Of a stretch of DNA of 35,616 bases, positions 1 through 10,272 are shown piece after piece; within the stretch, counting starts at the first letter, position 1, and the number at the start of each line of letters is the position of its first letter. Source of the DNA: a virus (taxonomy: Duplodnaviria; Caudoviricetes); IMG/VR virus record IMGVR_UViG_3300014031_000004, positions 1 to 35,616 of that record. One strand, written 5' to 3'. Position numbers and translations under genes: made by a program. The notes beneath the pieces are model-generated. The model made no database searches. It worked only from the letters and a program-made list of their open reading frames with translations, and was not told where the DNA came from.

Positions 1-66
1 CGAGTTAAAAAAAAGAGGACATCAGCCTGGAAGTAAATGGGCAAAGGAAGCTAACATGACACTCTA

Positions 67-534
67 ATGGGATCATTTATGCCAAAACGTCCTGACTGGG
101 CTGACGAAATCAAGAAGAAATATCTTGAAGCCGAGAAGGGAATAGATGAAAAGTTATTAAAGAGAATGATCTCGGCAGTTGGTATTGTGTTTCGTACGGC
201 TACAGCCAAACGACCTAAGATCTCCCTAGCTCAACATAAAGCCATGGGAAGAAAAACTAAGATCAGTGGGAAGTCGGCGTATCGAGTGTCAGATCCTGAA
301 GCCGCTCTAGGTGTCCCGGTAGCCACTGGAGACCTCCAGGCCTCTATCAAAAAAGACATTACCAAGAAAGGAGAGAAGTTCACAGGGAGAATCTATATCG
401 ATGGACCTGGTGAAAGGTATGCAAATGCCATTGAATATGGTACGTCAAGAATGAAAGCTCGACCATTTATGCGACCTGCTCTTCATCTTAATACCGATAA
501 AATTAAGAGAATCTTCCGTGGTGAGAACGGCTAA
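67..534 (+). CDS. HK97 gp10-like neck/tail completion protein
   Basis: PVATGDLQASI, YANAIEYGTSRMKARPFMRPA signature; position before tail genes. Confidence 0.85.
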   Translation: MGSFMPKRPDWADEIKKKYLEAEKGIDEKLLKRMISAVGIVFRTATAKRPKISLAQHKAMGRKTKISGKSAYRVSDPEAALGVPVATGDLQASIKKDITKKGEKFTGRIYIDGPGERYANAIEYGTSRMKARPFMRPALHLNTDKIKRIFRGENG

Positions 535-574
535 AAAGAATAAGAATGCGTTATCAGATGTAAAATATATATAG

Positions 575-982
575 ATGTTAGAGATTCTGCAAAACCTCAT
601 AGCAGTACTGACAGGAGATGCAACTCTGACGGCTATTGTACCTGCTACAAGCATCATGACAGGTCCAGTTGACATCGTCACAGAGACTCAGTCAGGACTC
701 CTGATGCCGCAGATAAACATTCATGTCATCAGTGAAGTATCTAGGTCTGTCCCTCTGAATACTCGAGACACTCTAATACAGATGGACATATGGAGCAGGA
801 ATGACCTGATGGAAGTGCTGACAATCTATGAAAGGGTCATCACCCTGCTGAACTACACATCACCTACTCAGGGTTCTGCAAAGATATTCTGGGAAAGGCT
901 TGGGGGTGCGGTTGACCAATATGAATCAGACAGGGGAATATGGCATCGAGCTATCACATTCAACATCTGGTCGCAGAAGTAA
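575..982 (+). CDS. Tail terminator/completion protein (DUF3168-like)
   Basis: 135 aa, 'L..D.TL..IV' N-terminus, IQMDIWS strand; between neck and tube genes. Confidence 0.7.
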   Translation: MLEILQNLIAVLTGDATLTAIVPATSIMTGPVDIVTETQSGLLMPQINIHVISEVSRSVPLNTRDTLIQMDIWSRNDLMEVLTIYERVITLLNYTSPTQGSAKIFWERLGGAVDQYESDRGIWHRAITFNIWSQK

Positions 983-1005
983 CTATCAAGAAATAATATA
1001 AACAA

Positions 1006-1476
1006 ATGACAGCATTCACAGCAGCAGGCACTAACGTGCCACAAAGAGTAACGTTCAACTCTGGAACACTAGACTTCGGAAGCAACCGGCTAGTAGACCT
1101 AGACAACGTGTCACTATCAATGGAATGGAGCACTTCTCCGCTATACGTCTTGAACTCAATCAAGCCTGCGGACCTTGTTCGACATTCACAGAAAGTGACA
1201 ATGACAGGAAAGATCAAGTCCTTTGCACCTGAAGCTCTGATGTATGCCATGGGCTCATCAACGACAGGCACACCTTCTGAGATCGACACACTAGACGGCC
1301 AGCCTACATTCACAACTCCGGTAGCAACCTTCTACGACCGAAACGGAAAGGAATACCAGTACCAGTTCTCTGGAGCAATCTTCAAGAGCTACAAGATGAA
1401 TGCTAAGATGGAAGACTATGCTGAATGGGACTTTGAGCTAGAAGCTAAGGACGTGGTTCTACTTTACACTGTATAG
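1006..1476 (+). CDS. Major tail tube protein
   Basis: Beta-rich 156 aa protein immediately upstream of chaperone and tape measure genes. Confidence 0.7.
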   Translation: MTAFTAAGTNVPQRVTFNSGTLDFGSNRLVDLDNVSLSMEWSTSPLYVLNSIKPADLVRHSQKVTMTGKIKSFAPEALMYAMGSSTTGTPSEIDTLDGQPTFTTPVATFYDRNGKEYQYQFSGAIFKSYKMNAKMEDYAEWDFELEAKDVVLLYTV

Positions 1477-1479
1477 CAC

Positions 1480-1881
1480 ATGACTGACATAACCACATTA
1501 GTAAACCCTCTGTTTGACTTCACTCTAGGTGACATCAAGTATGAAGTCAGGAAAGCTTCTCTCGAGAAGACTATCCAGTACTACAACAAGGTCAAGGAGC
1601 TGAAGGACGATCCTGCAGCAGACCTGAAGCTTGTTGCATACTGCATATGGCTCATTCTCAAGGAAGCAGATGCTTCTCTGACAGAGGAGAAGATCCAGCA
1701 GCTGGTACCCGGTGACGTAGACATCATCGGAGTAATATCACAGCTGGGTTTTATCAACCCGAAGAAGATGGAGATGGCAAAACGTCTACAGGAGGCAGTA
1801 GTGGACCAGTTGACTTTGCCGAGCTCTTTGCCATCATCACCGAGCGAACTGGATGGGAACCCAGTACTATCAGCAAGCTAA
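1480..1881 (+). CDS. Tail assembly chaperone (gpG-like)
   Basis: Position between tube and TMP; contains in-frame G GGT TTT slippery site. Confidence 0.8.
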   Translation: MTDITTLVNPLFDFTLGDIKYEVRKASLEKTIQYYNKVKELKDDPAADLKLVAYCIWLILKEADASLTEEKIQQLVPGDVDIIGVISQLGFINPKKMEMAKRLQEAVVDQLTLPSSLPSSPSELDGNPVLSAS

Positions 1882-2024
1882 CTGTCGGACAGATAAATGC
1901 TTATGTGAAGTACTGGGTAAGAAGCTCTAAGAAAGAAGCTTCAACCCACCGGGGAGAGGAGGTCGGTGATATTGACATGTTCAATCTTGCTTCGGGTATA
2001 GACGCGGTCAGGAAATCTAAATAA
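1480..2024 (+). CDS. Tail assembly chaperone, -1 frameshift product (gpGT-like)
   Basis: -1 frame from 1746 is open to TAA 2022-2024: ...YQPEEDGDGK...FAELFAIITERTGWEPSTISKLTVGQINAY...RKSK*, ending 4 nt before the TMP ATG. Confidence 0.8.
1746..1752 (+). other. -1 programmed ribosomal frameshift slippery heptamer GGGTTTT
   Basis: X XXY YYZ pattern in correct phase (ctG GGT TTT). Confidence 0.8.
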
Positions 2025-2028
2025 ACAA

Positions 2029-3468
2029 ATGGTACTTGATACACTCGAAATTCTAATTGAAGCAGACCGGTCTGGCTTAGAGAGCCAGCTGAAGCGTGCT
2101 GGAAACTCAATCCAGCAGTTTGTCAGCTCAATGAACAAGCAAGAGGTGTCATGGACTACAATTCTCTCAAAGAGCATCACTCCTGCCCTCATAGGAAGCA
2201 TTGCATCTACTTTTGCAATTGCTGTCAGCCAGGCACTCCAGTTTCAGGATGCAATGAAGACTGCAAGCTTGACTTCATCTTCTTCATTCGGAGACAATAC
2301 CGCAGCAATGTCCAACTCAGTGTATGACATGTCAGCTAAGACTGGACAGTCTGCCAATGACATTGCAGGAGCACTCGGCACAGTTTCCCAGTACTACAAA
2401 GATGCTGCTACAGCCCAAGACATCTTGAATGTCGTGACTGAAGAAGCAACTATAAGAAACCAGAATGTAGTTGATGTGGCAAAAGAGCTTGTCCCGCTGT
2501 TCTATGAATGGGGAGTCAAGACTGCACCAGATGCTTCAAAGGCTACTGCAGTCCTCAATGATGCAGTCAAGAACGGTACTGTCAGCTTCGGAGACCTTGT
2601 GACTGGTCTTACTGCAGCAGGTCCTGCACTTAAGAAATACATTGACCTGGGAACTGCCGCAGCTCAGACTGAGCTTGTCTCAATATCTCCCGGAATGGAT
2701 TCAAAGGCTGCATTAGAAGGGCTTGCCACAATCACAAACGGAATCACTGACAAGCTTGCTACTGTGAATCTACTGATAGGAGACATGGGAACTGCTGTGA
2801 AGACTTCTGGAGTCTCTGGAGCATTTGATCTCATTGCAACTAAGATTCAGGCAGCCGGAGGCGTAGCTAATACTCTATACGGAAACATCGGGCTATCTAC
2901 TGAATCTATACAGAAATTCAAGAATGCATCTCTTCCTGCTCTTGCTGACATAACTACTGCTGCAGCTCTTCTTGTGAAGAATGCAAAGTCTCTTGATGAC
3001 CAGTTCAATGGAAGCATCATAACTTCTGACAAGCTGAAGATGTCATGGAACAGCTTTGTTGCTTCTCTTGAAAAGAACGTTGCACCTGGTCTCATCATGC
3101 AGATGTCTGAAGCAATAGACGGAGCTACTACAGCTCTCAATGGGCTCGGAAGAGTGTTTGATGACCTCTTCAATGGCAAGATAATGGAAGATGTCAAGCA
3201 ATTTGCAACCGGAGACTTCTGGAACATCCTTGCTGAAAACTTGGCCAACGTGGGAACCTTCGGAATATACGGGGGTGTGAAAGACTACCTCGGTCTTCAG
3301 AATGCACAGGGAGGAGGACTCACATCTCACCCTGACCAGGCTGCTACATCGAATTCAGTGAACCACATGATTGTAAACGTGCATGATTCAAGTGGTGACC
3401 CAACCATCGCAGGAAATAAAACGGCAGCAGCAATTAATCAACAAGCCTACTCATGCTCAGTAAGATAA
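2029..3468 (+). CDS. Tape measure protein (479 aa)
   Basis: LEILIEAD N-terminus, Ala/Gly/Ser-rich helical composition, follows chaperone pair. Confidence 0.85.
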   Translation: MVLDTLEILIEADRSGLESQLKRAGNSIQQFVSSMNKQEVSWTTILSKSITPALIGSIASTFAIAVSQALQFQDAMKTASLTSSSSFGDNTAAMSNSVYDMSAKTGQSANDIAGALGTVSQYYKDAATAQDILNVVTEEATIRNQNVVDVAKELVPLFYEWGVKTAPDASKATAVLNDAVKNGTVSFGDLVTGLTAAGPALKKYIDLGTAAAQTELVSISPGMDSKAALEGLATITNGITDKLATVNLLIGDMGTAVKTSGVSGAFDLIATKIQAAGGVANTLYGNIGLSTESIQKFKNASLPALADITTAAALLVKNAKSLDDQFNGSIITSDKLKMSWNSFVASLEKNVAPGLIMQMSEAIDGATTALNGLGRVFDDLFNGKIMEDVKQFATGDFWNILAENLANVGTFGIYGGVKDYLGLQNAQGGGLTSHPDQAATSNSVNHMIVNVHDSSGDPTIAGNKTAAAINQQAYSCSVR

Positions 3469-3472
3469 AAAT

Positions 3473-3919
3473 ATGACAATGCCAGTATACAACTATGTAA
3501 TCATCGACGGGCACTACTATGTGGTCCAGAATGGTACTTACCTGCGAAAGTGGCAGAGACAGTTCACAGCTACTCTTGCTGCTAACATCGTTGAGCTCAA
3601 CTTCATTGACAGGGGACCGGGAATCAAGACCTACAATCTCACTCTTCTTCTTTCAAGCTGGGACCCTTCTTCTACAATGTACAAATTGATCTTCCCAAAT
3701 GACTCAGCTATTGCCGACATCAATCTTCAGAGACAGAATCTTGAAGCGAGCTACGGAAAGATTGCTACTCAGATACAATTAGTTGACCCATTCGGTGAAT
3801 CACCACCAGGAGGATTGGCATACTTTACAAGCCTCATTGAGAACATCCCACCGTACTCTTCCATCCAGAAGCCTTACATCTCAATGGATGTAGAACTAAT
3901 AGGCTCATCAGCAATATAA
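3473..3919 (+). CDS. Putative distal tail protein
   Basis: Beta-rich ~150 aa directly after TMP; synteny only. Confidence 0.45.
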   Translation: MTMPVYNYVIIDGHYYVVQNGTYLRKWQRQFTATLAANIVELNFIDRGPGIKTYNLTLLLSSWDPSSTMYKLIFPNDSAIADINLQRQNLEASYGKIATQIQLVDPFGESPPGGLAYFTSLIENIPPYSSIQKPYISMDVELIGSSAI

Positions 3920-3923
3920 TACT

Positions 3924-4463
3924 ATGGCAACAGCACCACTAATCACATTTCAGAACTACATAACACCGTTTGCAGTATCTTCACTGCTCACGTATTCACA
4001 GACAAGCCCAGGAGGGACTGGACTTCCTGTGCTGCAGGGCACAGACTCAGATCCGCTATACTTCAGAGTGTACAACAACTATGCTCTCACTGCAAGCATT
4101 GCAAATGCAATCAACGTGTTCATCACTACGTATGACGGAATAGGCTCAGGCTCTCATACTGCTGCAAAAGCAGTTGTAAGCCAGACTTGGATTCACATGC
4201 TAGAGAACGGATACGGAGAGAACTCTGTCACACCGGGAGTCTACACTGTGTATGCTGGAAGTGACACTGCAATCGGAGGTTCTTACCAGTACATCTTAGA
4301 CAAGGGCTCAAACGGCACAGCAGGAACTTCACAGATCAGAGCTGGGACAGACAACAACGGATGCGGATTTGCTGAGCTCAAGAGCTATGCAAGGGTCCCA
4401 TCTAATGCTTCTAACGGAACAACTACATTTGCTGTGAGTGTGGGTTATGAATGGACAAGCTAA
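3924..4463 (+). CDS. Putative virion structural protein
   Basis: Thr/Ser/Gly-rich beta protein within tail module. Confidence 0.45.
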   Translation: MATAPLITFQNYITPFAVSSLLTYSQTSPGGTGLPVLQGTDSDPLYFRVYNNYALTASIANAINVFITTYDGIGSGSHTAAKAVVSQTWIHMLENGYGENSVTPGVYTVYAGSDTAIGGSYQYILDKGSNGTAGTSQIRAGTDNNGCGFAELKSYARVPSNASNGTTTFAVSVGYEWTS

Positions 4464-4472
4464 CAAAATACA

Positions 4473-4886
4473 ATGATTGCAGACAACATAGAGAAAATAC
4501 AGAGAGATTCTAGCTTCCATGAAGACACATACTTTGAAGTTGTCTTTTCTGATGACTCAACTGTAGATGAGAGGACTGTGAACTGGTCCGCTATTTCCGA
4601 GGAAAATACAGTAACCTACATGGGAGCCTTAAAGCTCGTGATGGTCTGCAAATTCCCGGTAAAGACTATACGCATAGTCCACGACAGCTTGACGACTGAC
4701 GTCACAGTCCCAGAAGGCTGCGGGGTATATCAAGCCTTCAAGAGCGAGTCACTATTCAACTCCAAGGGTGAGAAGATACTTGACAGGATAAACGGAAGGA
4801 TCGTTGGACTTGTGAAAGACGGAGAGGTCATAGAAGAACGATTCCTAGACGGTCGGGGTAATCAGGTAATAGGCTTTAAAAAATAA
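4473..4886 (+). CDS. Hypothetical protein (tail module)
   Basis: Intact ORF tightly packed in operon; no recognised motif. Confidence 0.5.
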   Translation: MIADNIEKIQRDSSFHEDTYFEVVFSDDSTVDERTVNWSAISEENTVTYMGALKLVMVCKFPVKTIRIVHDSLTTDVTVPEGCGVYQAFKSESLFNSKGEKILDRINGRIVGLVKDGEVIEERFLDGRGNQVIGFKK

Positions 4887-4889
4887 AAC

Positions 4890-6236
4890 ATGACAACATT
4901 TCATCAGTACGTAAATAACGCCCTCGGTACAGTTCAAAACAACCCTCTTGCTTCAGGAGGCACGAACCTTGTCGTCAACTCTGGGCTCGACACCATCCTT
5001 TCTGCGCTGACATTCCCTTTCTGGATTACGATGTGGGGTGTTAACGGCAACCCTAATACAGCGAGTGATATGGAAATCGTTGCGGTCACAGCGAGGCCGT
5101 CGCCAAATAACTACACCATCACGCGCGCGCAACAGAGCACTTCTGCTCACTCACACGCTCAAAACGATAACTGCGCGCTTCTTTTTACTGCAGGAAACTG
5201 GCAAGAAGTTCTACCCCAAGGTGCTGTTGCCCGAGGCTCTGTTTTCTATATCGGATCTGACCTACTTCCCCATCTTCTTGCTGCTGGTACGTCTGGCAAC
5301 TTTCTTCAGACCTTGGGAGCAAGTGCCGATCCTGAATGGGCGGCCGCAGTCACAGCTCAGTTCGGCGATGGATCAGACGGAGTTGTAACTATATCATCTC
5401 CTACGACTCTTACAAGAGATATGTACTATTCATCTCTTACAGTAAACAGTACATTGACGACTGATGGATATAAGGTTTTTGTTTCTGGAACCATTAATGG
5501 ATCTGGTACTATTGACTTCGGTGCTGCGACAGCAGGTTCAGCTGGAGGGTCAAATACAGGTAGTGGCGGAGGCGGTGGAGGAGGTGGTGCTTCGACAGGT
5601 TCAGGTCAATTCAAGACTGCAACAGGTGCAAACGGTGGAGGTGGATCTAATGGAACTCCTGCTACTAATGGATCAAATGGTTCTGCATCTACTTCTTCTC
5701 TCGGAGTTGCTGGAGTTGGTGGTGGCGCAGGAGCAGGAACAGTACACGGAAATGGAGGTTCTGGAGGTGCTTCATCAATTCTTACTAAAGTAGGAATCTA
5801 TGCAAATATCACTCTATTAGGTCTAGACTTCAACTCAGCAGGCACATTTATTCCATATCAGGCAGCAGGTGGCGCTGGTGGAGGTGGAGGTGGAGCAGCT
5901 AACTCTTCAGGTTTCTCAAACGGTGGCGGAGGCGGTGGAGGAGCATCGGGAGGTACGGTCTTCATTTGTGCAAGTACATGGGCGGGAACATTTACTATCA
6001 AGGCAGTAGGAGGCGCAGGAGGCGCAGGAGGTATCTCAAACGGTGGCGCCGGAGGTGGAGGAGGTGGAGGTGGAGCAGGAGGATGCTCATTCGTAATATA
6101 TGGCACAAAGACATGGACAGGTTCATACAACCTTGCAGGCGGTGCATTGGGTACTGGAACAAACGGAGGGGTCAATGGTACTGTCGGCTCAACTGGAACA
6201 TCGTATGAGATATCGATAGTTTCATTGACACGATAA
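4890..6236 (+). CDS. Glycine-rich tail fibre/virion protein
   Basis: N-terminal EIV.VT....YTITRAQQST module, FGDGSDG motif, long poly-Gly tracts. Confidence 0.7.
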   Translation: MTTFHQYVNNALGTVQNNPLASGGTNLVVNSGLDTILSALTFPFWITMWGVNGNPNTASDMEIVAVTARPSPNNYTITRAQQSTSAHSHAQNDNCALLFTAGNWQEVLPQGAVARGSVFYIGSDLLPHLLAAGTSGNFLQTLGASADPEWAAAVTAQFGDGSDGVVTISSPTTLTRDMYYSSLTVNSTLTTDGYKVFVSGTINGSGTIDFGAATAGSAGGSNTGSGGGGGGGGASTGSGQFKTATGANGGGGSNGTPATNGSNGSASTSSLGVAGVGGGAGAGTVHGNGGSGGASSILTKVGIYANITLLGLDFNSAGTFIPYQAAGGAGGGGGGAANSSGFSNGGGGGGGASGGTVFICASTWAGTFTIKAVGGAGGAGGISNGGAGGGGGGGGAGGCSFVIYGTKTWTGSYNLAGGALGTGTNGGVNGTVGSTGTSYEISIVSLTR

Positions 6237-6242
6237 TAAAAC

Positions 6243-9200
6243 ATGTTCAATAACTTTGTATTCAATTCAGGAGAGTTCAATGATTCTGCTTATACTACCT
6301 ACGGATCAGCAGACATTGCTGCGTCTATCGTAGTGAATACAAACCCGTCTCTTGCTACATTCAAAGAGATTCTTGCAACACTTTCAGTTGCTGCTCAGGT
6401 AAATTCAGATGACAATGCATCTATAACAGTATCTAGCTACAAGTGGCTTACTCCTGCACTAACAACTGCACAGGCAGGACCTGCATTTAGGCCATACTTC
6501 ACTTGCAAGATAGTCGATGACACTATCACTCCCAATGCAATTGTGACAGTTCCAAACAGTTCACCATACAATGGAGACGGTTCAAGTACTCCAGATGGTT
6601 ATTTGGTTGCAGCAGGAAATGCTCACGACGGAACTGGAAATCTAGGATTCTGGAAACTTGCCGATGCAACAACTGGATGGGGAACTTTTGTAACTCTCGA
6701 ACTGTCTGCAAACTGGATGCCTTCACTTGGCACTTCTGTTGCGGTTTCAGATTGGGTAAATGGCTCATACGTGATTGATGTATACTACTGGACAAACGTA
6801 GCAAGTGTACTTGTCCCAAAGCGTCAGAGATCCCTTGATGGTGGTGTGACATGGACAGGAACTCTACTGAACACTACTGGAATTGCTTTCAATACTACCA
6901 ATAATGTATATCTTTCTGGATCTAGTCCAGTACTTCTGGGAAATGGGACAGTGTCTTCAATGATGTTCTACATAAAGAAGACTACTACATTGAATAGTCC
7001 TGCAGCAAGTTTCTATAGGATATGCTATCAATATGACGGAGGATCTGGAACATTTGGGCCTGAAACTCTATGGGCTGAGAACACTGACTCACAGGACTGG
7101 GTGCTCCATAGTCTTGATTCATACTACTTGAATGGTTCATATCATGTAGTATTTTCTGGCTATCATGCTGGATATGACTCAGTTCCAAATACAAACTATA
7201 GCATCTACTCTACTTTCATAAGTACCTACCTGTCTGACAACACTAAAGACGTGTGGGGAGGAGTGTCGGATGTGTTCGTCACTAATTCTACTTCAACTCT
7301 CAACTACAATACTTTCACATTACCCCGTATAAGCTATGACGGGACTACTTTCTACATACTATTCAGAGCAGTAGTGGTTGAGCAGGTGTCTACTGCAACA
7401 ACTGGACAAGCTCTCAATGTGACGACTAGCACATACTTCTACCTGATGACGTCAAGAGACCTCATCAACTACTCATATCCTTCACCTCTCATCTTCTCAG
7501 ACGGTACAGTATTTGTCGATGACCCGCTTGTCACAGGAACTAACGGCTATACATTTGTCAAGCAGGGAACTTACTACTACACTATAGGAAACGGAAGACT
7601 ATGGCAGTACCTCATTAACAATGTGACTGCAGACATCACTAACAGTGTAATCAGCTACAGCATAGAAGAGCAGGCAGGCTCATCATTCCAGATTGACATC
7701 ACACTCGGAAACATGAACAACCAGTGGGTCGGTCCTGCTCCCACGAAGTCAGGTGCTGCAGCAATATCTAAAGACAAGAAGATCTACCTTGAGCAGGGGT
7801 ATTATCTTGCAGACGGCACAACTCAGACAGTCCCTAGGAACATCTTCTACATCAATGACATCAAGCAGAATGTGACTGCAGGAGACAACTCCGTAGGGAT
7901 AGTGGGAACTGACCTCTATAAGAGACTCAAGACTCTTACTACAAAGTTTGCATACAACTTCAAGGGTCTCTCTTCATATTCTGACATCTTCAACGGCTCA
8001 ACAATGGGTAACTGGAACACCTCAAACGGAAGCTGGTCTCAGGCTAACGGAAAGATGATATGCACTAATCCGGGAACTACTCCTGGTCTGATATTCCTTA
8101 CTAGCGTAGTCAACAGTGCAGCTTCATCTGTCATCTCTTGCACAATGAAGAACCCAAGCACTACAGCAGGTGATCCTTCTGGAGCATCGGTAGGCATATA
8201 TCCGATCTATGTCGACTCTAACAACTGGGTGAAGTACGAGAGGTATCTCAACGGTGCAACACCGTATGACAAGGTGAGCATAATGGTCAATGGGACTCCG
8301 TCAACTCTGATAGATTCTTTCACACCGAACGGGGCTTCAGACTACAGCAAGTACTTCGACATCCAGATAAGGAAGTATGACTATTCATACTTAGACATCT
8401 TGATCGGAGCACAGGGACAGAACAATACTCTCGCATCTTTCAACACTTCGTCATCTCCAGCTCCATACTCATTAGATCCAGTCGACTTCGGAGGGTTCTT
8501 CACTACAGCACACGGAGTATACAACGGTGGTCCTGCTCTCACAGTCACTTCATTTGCTGGAGAATTCCAATACTTCAAGTATCTCCAGCTGGGAACTAGC
8601 CAGTCGATCCAAGACTCTATGAAGAAGCTCGGAACACTGTCAGGTGTGAATCTATACAATGTGGAATATGTATTCACTGACAATACATTCCCTGCTTCAA
8701 ACTACCTTGGTACTTTCACTTCAAGCCAGGGAATAATGTCAATAGCACCGTCTAATACTGTCGTCAACAATTCTTTCAATCTAGCAAACGGGGAGATTGC
8801 ATTCAAGGGAAAGATTGTTCCTACTGCAATAGGAACTGATGCATCATTCAACATCAAGTTCAGAATGGACGGTCCGTCACCCTCTACTACAAGATTCTAC
8901 AGGCTTGAAGTAAAGCATGTGGGAGGACAGTACTTTTCTATTGCTTCACTCTATCTAGACTCACCTACGGAGTATCTACTGACATCATCCTCTCTACAGT
9001 ATTCTTACAGCGGATTCAACTACAACACAATAAGGTTCGACACTCTGATAGAACACACATACAGGCTAGTACTTGTTGACCAGTTCTTCTATCTGTTCAT
9101 TGACGAATACCAGGTACTGACATGGCAGGACAATGCATCTGACTCAAATGCAATCTCATTCTCTCAGGGCTACTGGGGTTTCAGCACTGATGCTAACACT

Positions 9201-9803
9201 ACTCTAAAAGTCAGAGACATCACATCAAGGCTGATGTGGAACCAGATTGAGAACATTGCAGTCAATCCAGGGGATGACATTGAGAATTCTATAAGGACAG
9301 TTGCAGGAACTACCAGAGGATGGCTGTATTCTGACTTGATGGGAAGAATGAATTCTATCATCCTCAACTCAACAGACTCACCTGACTATACTTACCAGAA
9401 CTTGATGTATTCTCAGAACTATGACAACTCTGACAAAGAGTATGTGAATCAGGTGACTGTATACGGCCTCAATGCTGTCACTGCAATCTACCAAGACAGG
9501 GTTTCTATAGGACTTACTGGAAAGGTGAGAGACCTCACTATCACAGACTACAAGATCACGACATACCAGGATGCTCTCTATCGAGCTCAGTTCGAGCTTG
9601 TGAATGCTAACAAGTTCAATACTCAGAACAATCCGCTTGCTCCGATAAATGTGGGAGCAGAAATATTTGATGTGATAACCATTGTCAACACCGGAGCAAA
9701 CTCTACAAACGTGAATGGAAACTACAGAGTATACAATCAAGCGACTAGCAATGACGGAAGCAAGGGACGATACAGCATACAATTAGAAACAGGAACATTA
9801 TAA
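6243..9803 (+). CDS. Large tail tip/hub protein with probable carbohydrate-binding domains
   Basis: 1186 aa; Asp-box RSLDGGVTW, lectin-like beta segments (FYLFIDEYQVL..GYWGF), C-terminal NQVTVYG hub-like region. Confidence 0.7.
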   Translation: MFNNFVFNSGEFNDSAYTTYGSADIAASIVVNTNPSLATFKEILATLSVAAQVNSDDNASITVSSYKWLTPALTTAQAGPAFRPYFTCKIVDDTITPNAIVTVPNSSPYNGDGSSTPDGYLVAAGNAHDGTGNLGFWKLADATTGWGTFVTLELSANWMPSLGTSVAVSDWVNGSYVIDVYYWTNVASVLVPKRQRSLDGGVTWTGTLLNTTGIAFNTTNNVYLSGSSPVLLGNGTVSSMMFYIKKTTTLNSPAASFYRICYQYDGGSGTFGPETLWAENTDSQDWVLHSLDSYYLNGSYHVVFSGYHAGYDSVPNTNYSIYSTFISTYLSDNTKDVWGGVSDVFVTNSTSTLNYNTFTLPRISYDGTTFYILFRAVVVEQVSTATTGQALNVTTSTYFYLMTSRDLINYSYPSPLIFSDGTVFVDDPLVTGTNGYTFVKQGTYYYTIGNGRLWQYLINNVTADITNSVISYSIEEQAGSSFQIDITLGNMNNQWVGPAPTKSGAAAISKDKKIYLEQGYYLADGTTQTVPRNIFYINDIKQNVTAGDNSVGIVGTDLYKRLKTLTTKFAYNFKGLSSYSDIFNGSTMGNWNTSNGSWSQANGKMICTNPGTTPGLIFLTSVVNSAASSVISCTMKNPSTTAGDPSGASVGIYPIYVDSNNWVKYERYLNGATPYDKVSIMVNGTPSTLIDSFTPNGASDYSKYFDIQIRKYDYSYLDILIGAQGQNNTLASFNTSSSPAPYSLDPVDFGGFFTTAHGVYNGGPALTVTSFAGEFQYFKYLQLGTSQSIQDSMKKLGTLSGVNLYNVEYVFTDNTFPASNYLGTFTSSQGIMSIAPSNTVVNNSFNLANGEIAFKGKIVPTAIGTDASFNIKFRMDGPSPSTTRFYRLEVKHVGGQYFSIASLYLDSPTEYLLTSSSLQYSYSGFNYNTIRFDTLIEHTYRLVLVDQFFYLFIDEYQVLTWQDNASDSNAISFSQGYWGFSTDANTTLKVRDITSRLMWNQIENIAVNPGDDIENSIRTVAGTTRGWLYSDLMGRMNSIILNSTDSPDYTYQNLMYSQNYDNSDKEYVNQVTVYGLNAVTAIYQDRVSIGLTGKVRDLTITDYKITTYQDALYRAQFELVNANKFNTQNNPLAPINVGAEIFDVITIVNTGANSTNVNGNYRVYNQATSNDGSKGRYSIQLETGTL

Positions 9804-9818
9804 GAATAAGAAACTACA

Positions 9819-10211
9819 TTGCAAGTACCATACAACCAGACTTTCAAAGACCAGAATGCTAGACTCATTCCAGCAGGAAAGAAGAAAGCTATCATCTCAG
9901 CTGTAAATGTCAATCAGAGGCAGGTTGACATCTATTTCATCAACAACCCTACGACTGTCATAAAGGGAGTTCCGGTTTCTTCTAACGTCAACCTGACTTC
10001 TGCATCAGTGGGTCTCGTCTGCAAAGTTGATGTGTTTGATGAGACAAACCAGAAGGACATGATAGTTGCATACTTATACGGGGCAGCTACAGGATACACT
10101 GGTTCTTTCACTGTAATCACGGGAATCTCTATTGACTTCACAGGAAAGACTTTCTCAACTACATCAAAAGTCCTCACAATTGTGAACGGTGTAGTTGTCA
10201 CAGCAGTGTAA
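9819..10211 (+). CDS. Putative tail spike protein
   Basis: OB-like N-terminus (IISAVN..VDI..IKGVP) and C-terminal LTIVNGVVV beta motif. Confidence 0.5.
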   Translation: MQVPYNQTFKDQNARLIPAGKKKAIISAVNVNQRQVDIYFINNPTTVIKGVPVSSNVNLTSASVGLVCKVDVFDETNQKDMIVAYLYGAATGYTGSFTVITGISIDFTGKTFSTTSKVLTIVNGVVVTAV

Positions 10212-10216
10212 AGAAT

Positions 10217-10241
10217 AAAAGGTACCTTTTCTCAATATAAT
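10217..10241 (+). promoter_or_regulatory. Possible lysis promoter with palindrome
   Basis: Perfect palindrome AAAAGGTACCTTTT (10217-10230) followed by TATAAT (10236-10241); no good -35. Confidence 0.35.
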
Positions 10242-10272
10242 ATATACATATTTACCGCTAATAATCACATCT

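Noticed and set aside
5540-6200. Repeats in Gly-rich gene as DGR or tandem array; Pro-rich and Arg-rich overlapping ORFs
   Set aside because: Explained by poly-Gly codons. There is no reverse transcriptase or adenine-specific repeat pair, and the alternative ORFs are frame shadows.
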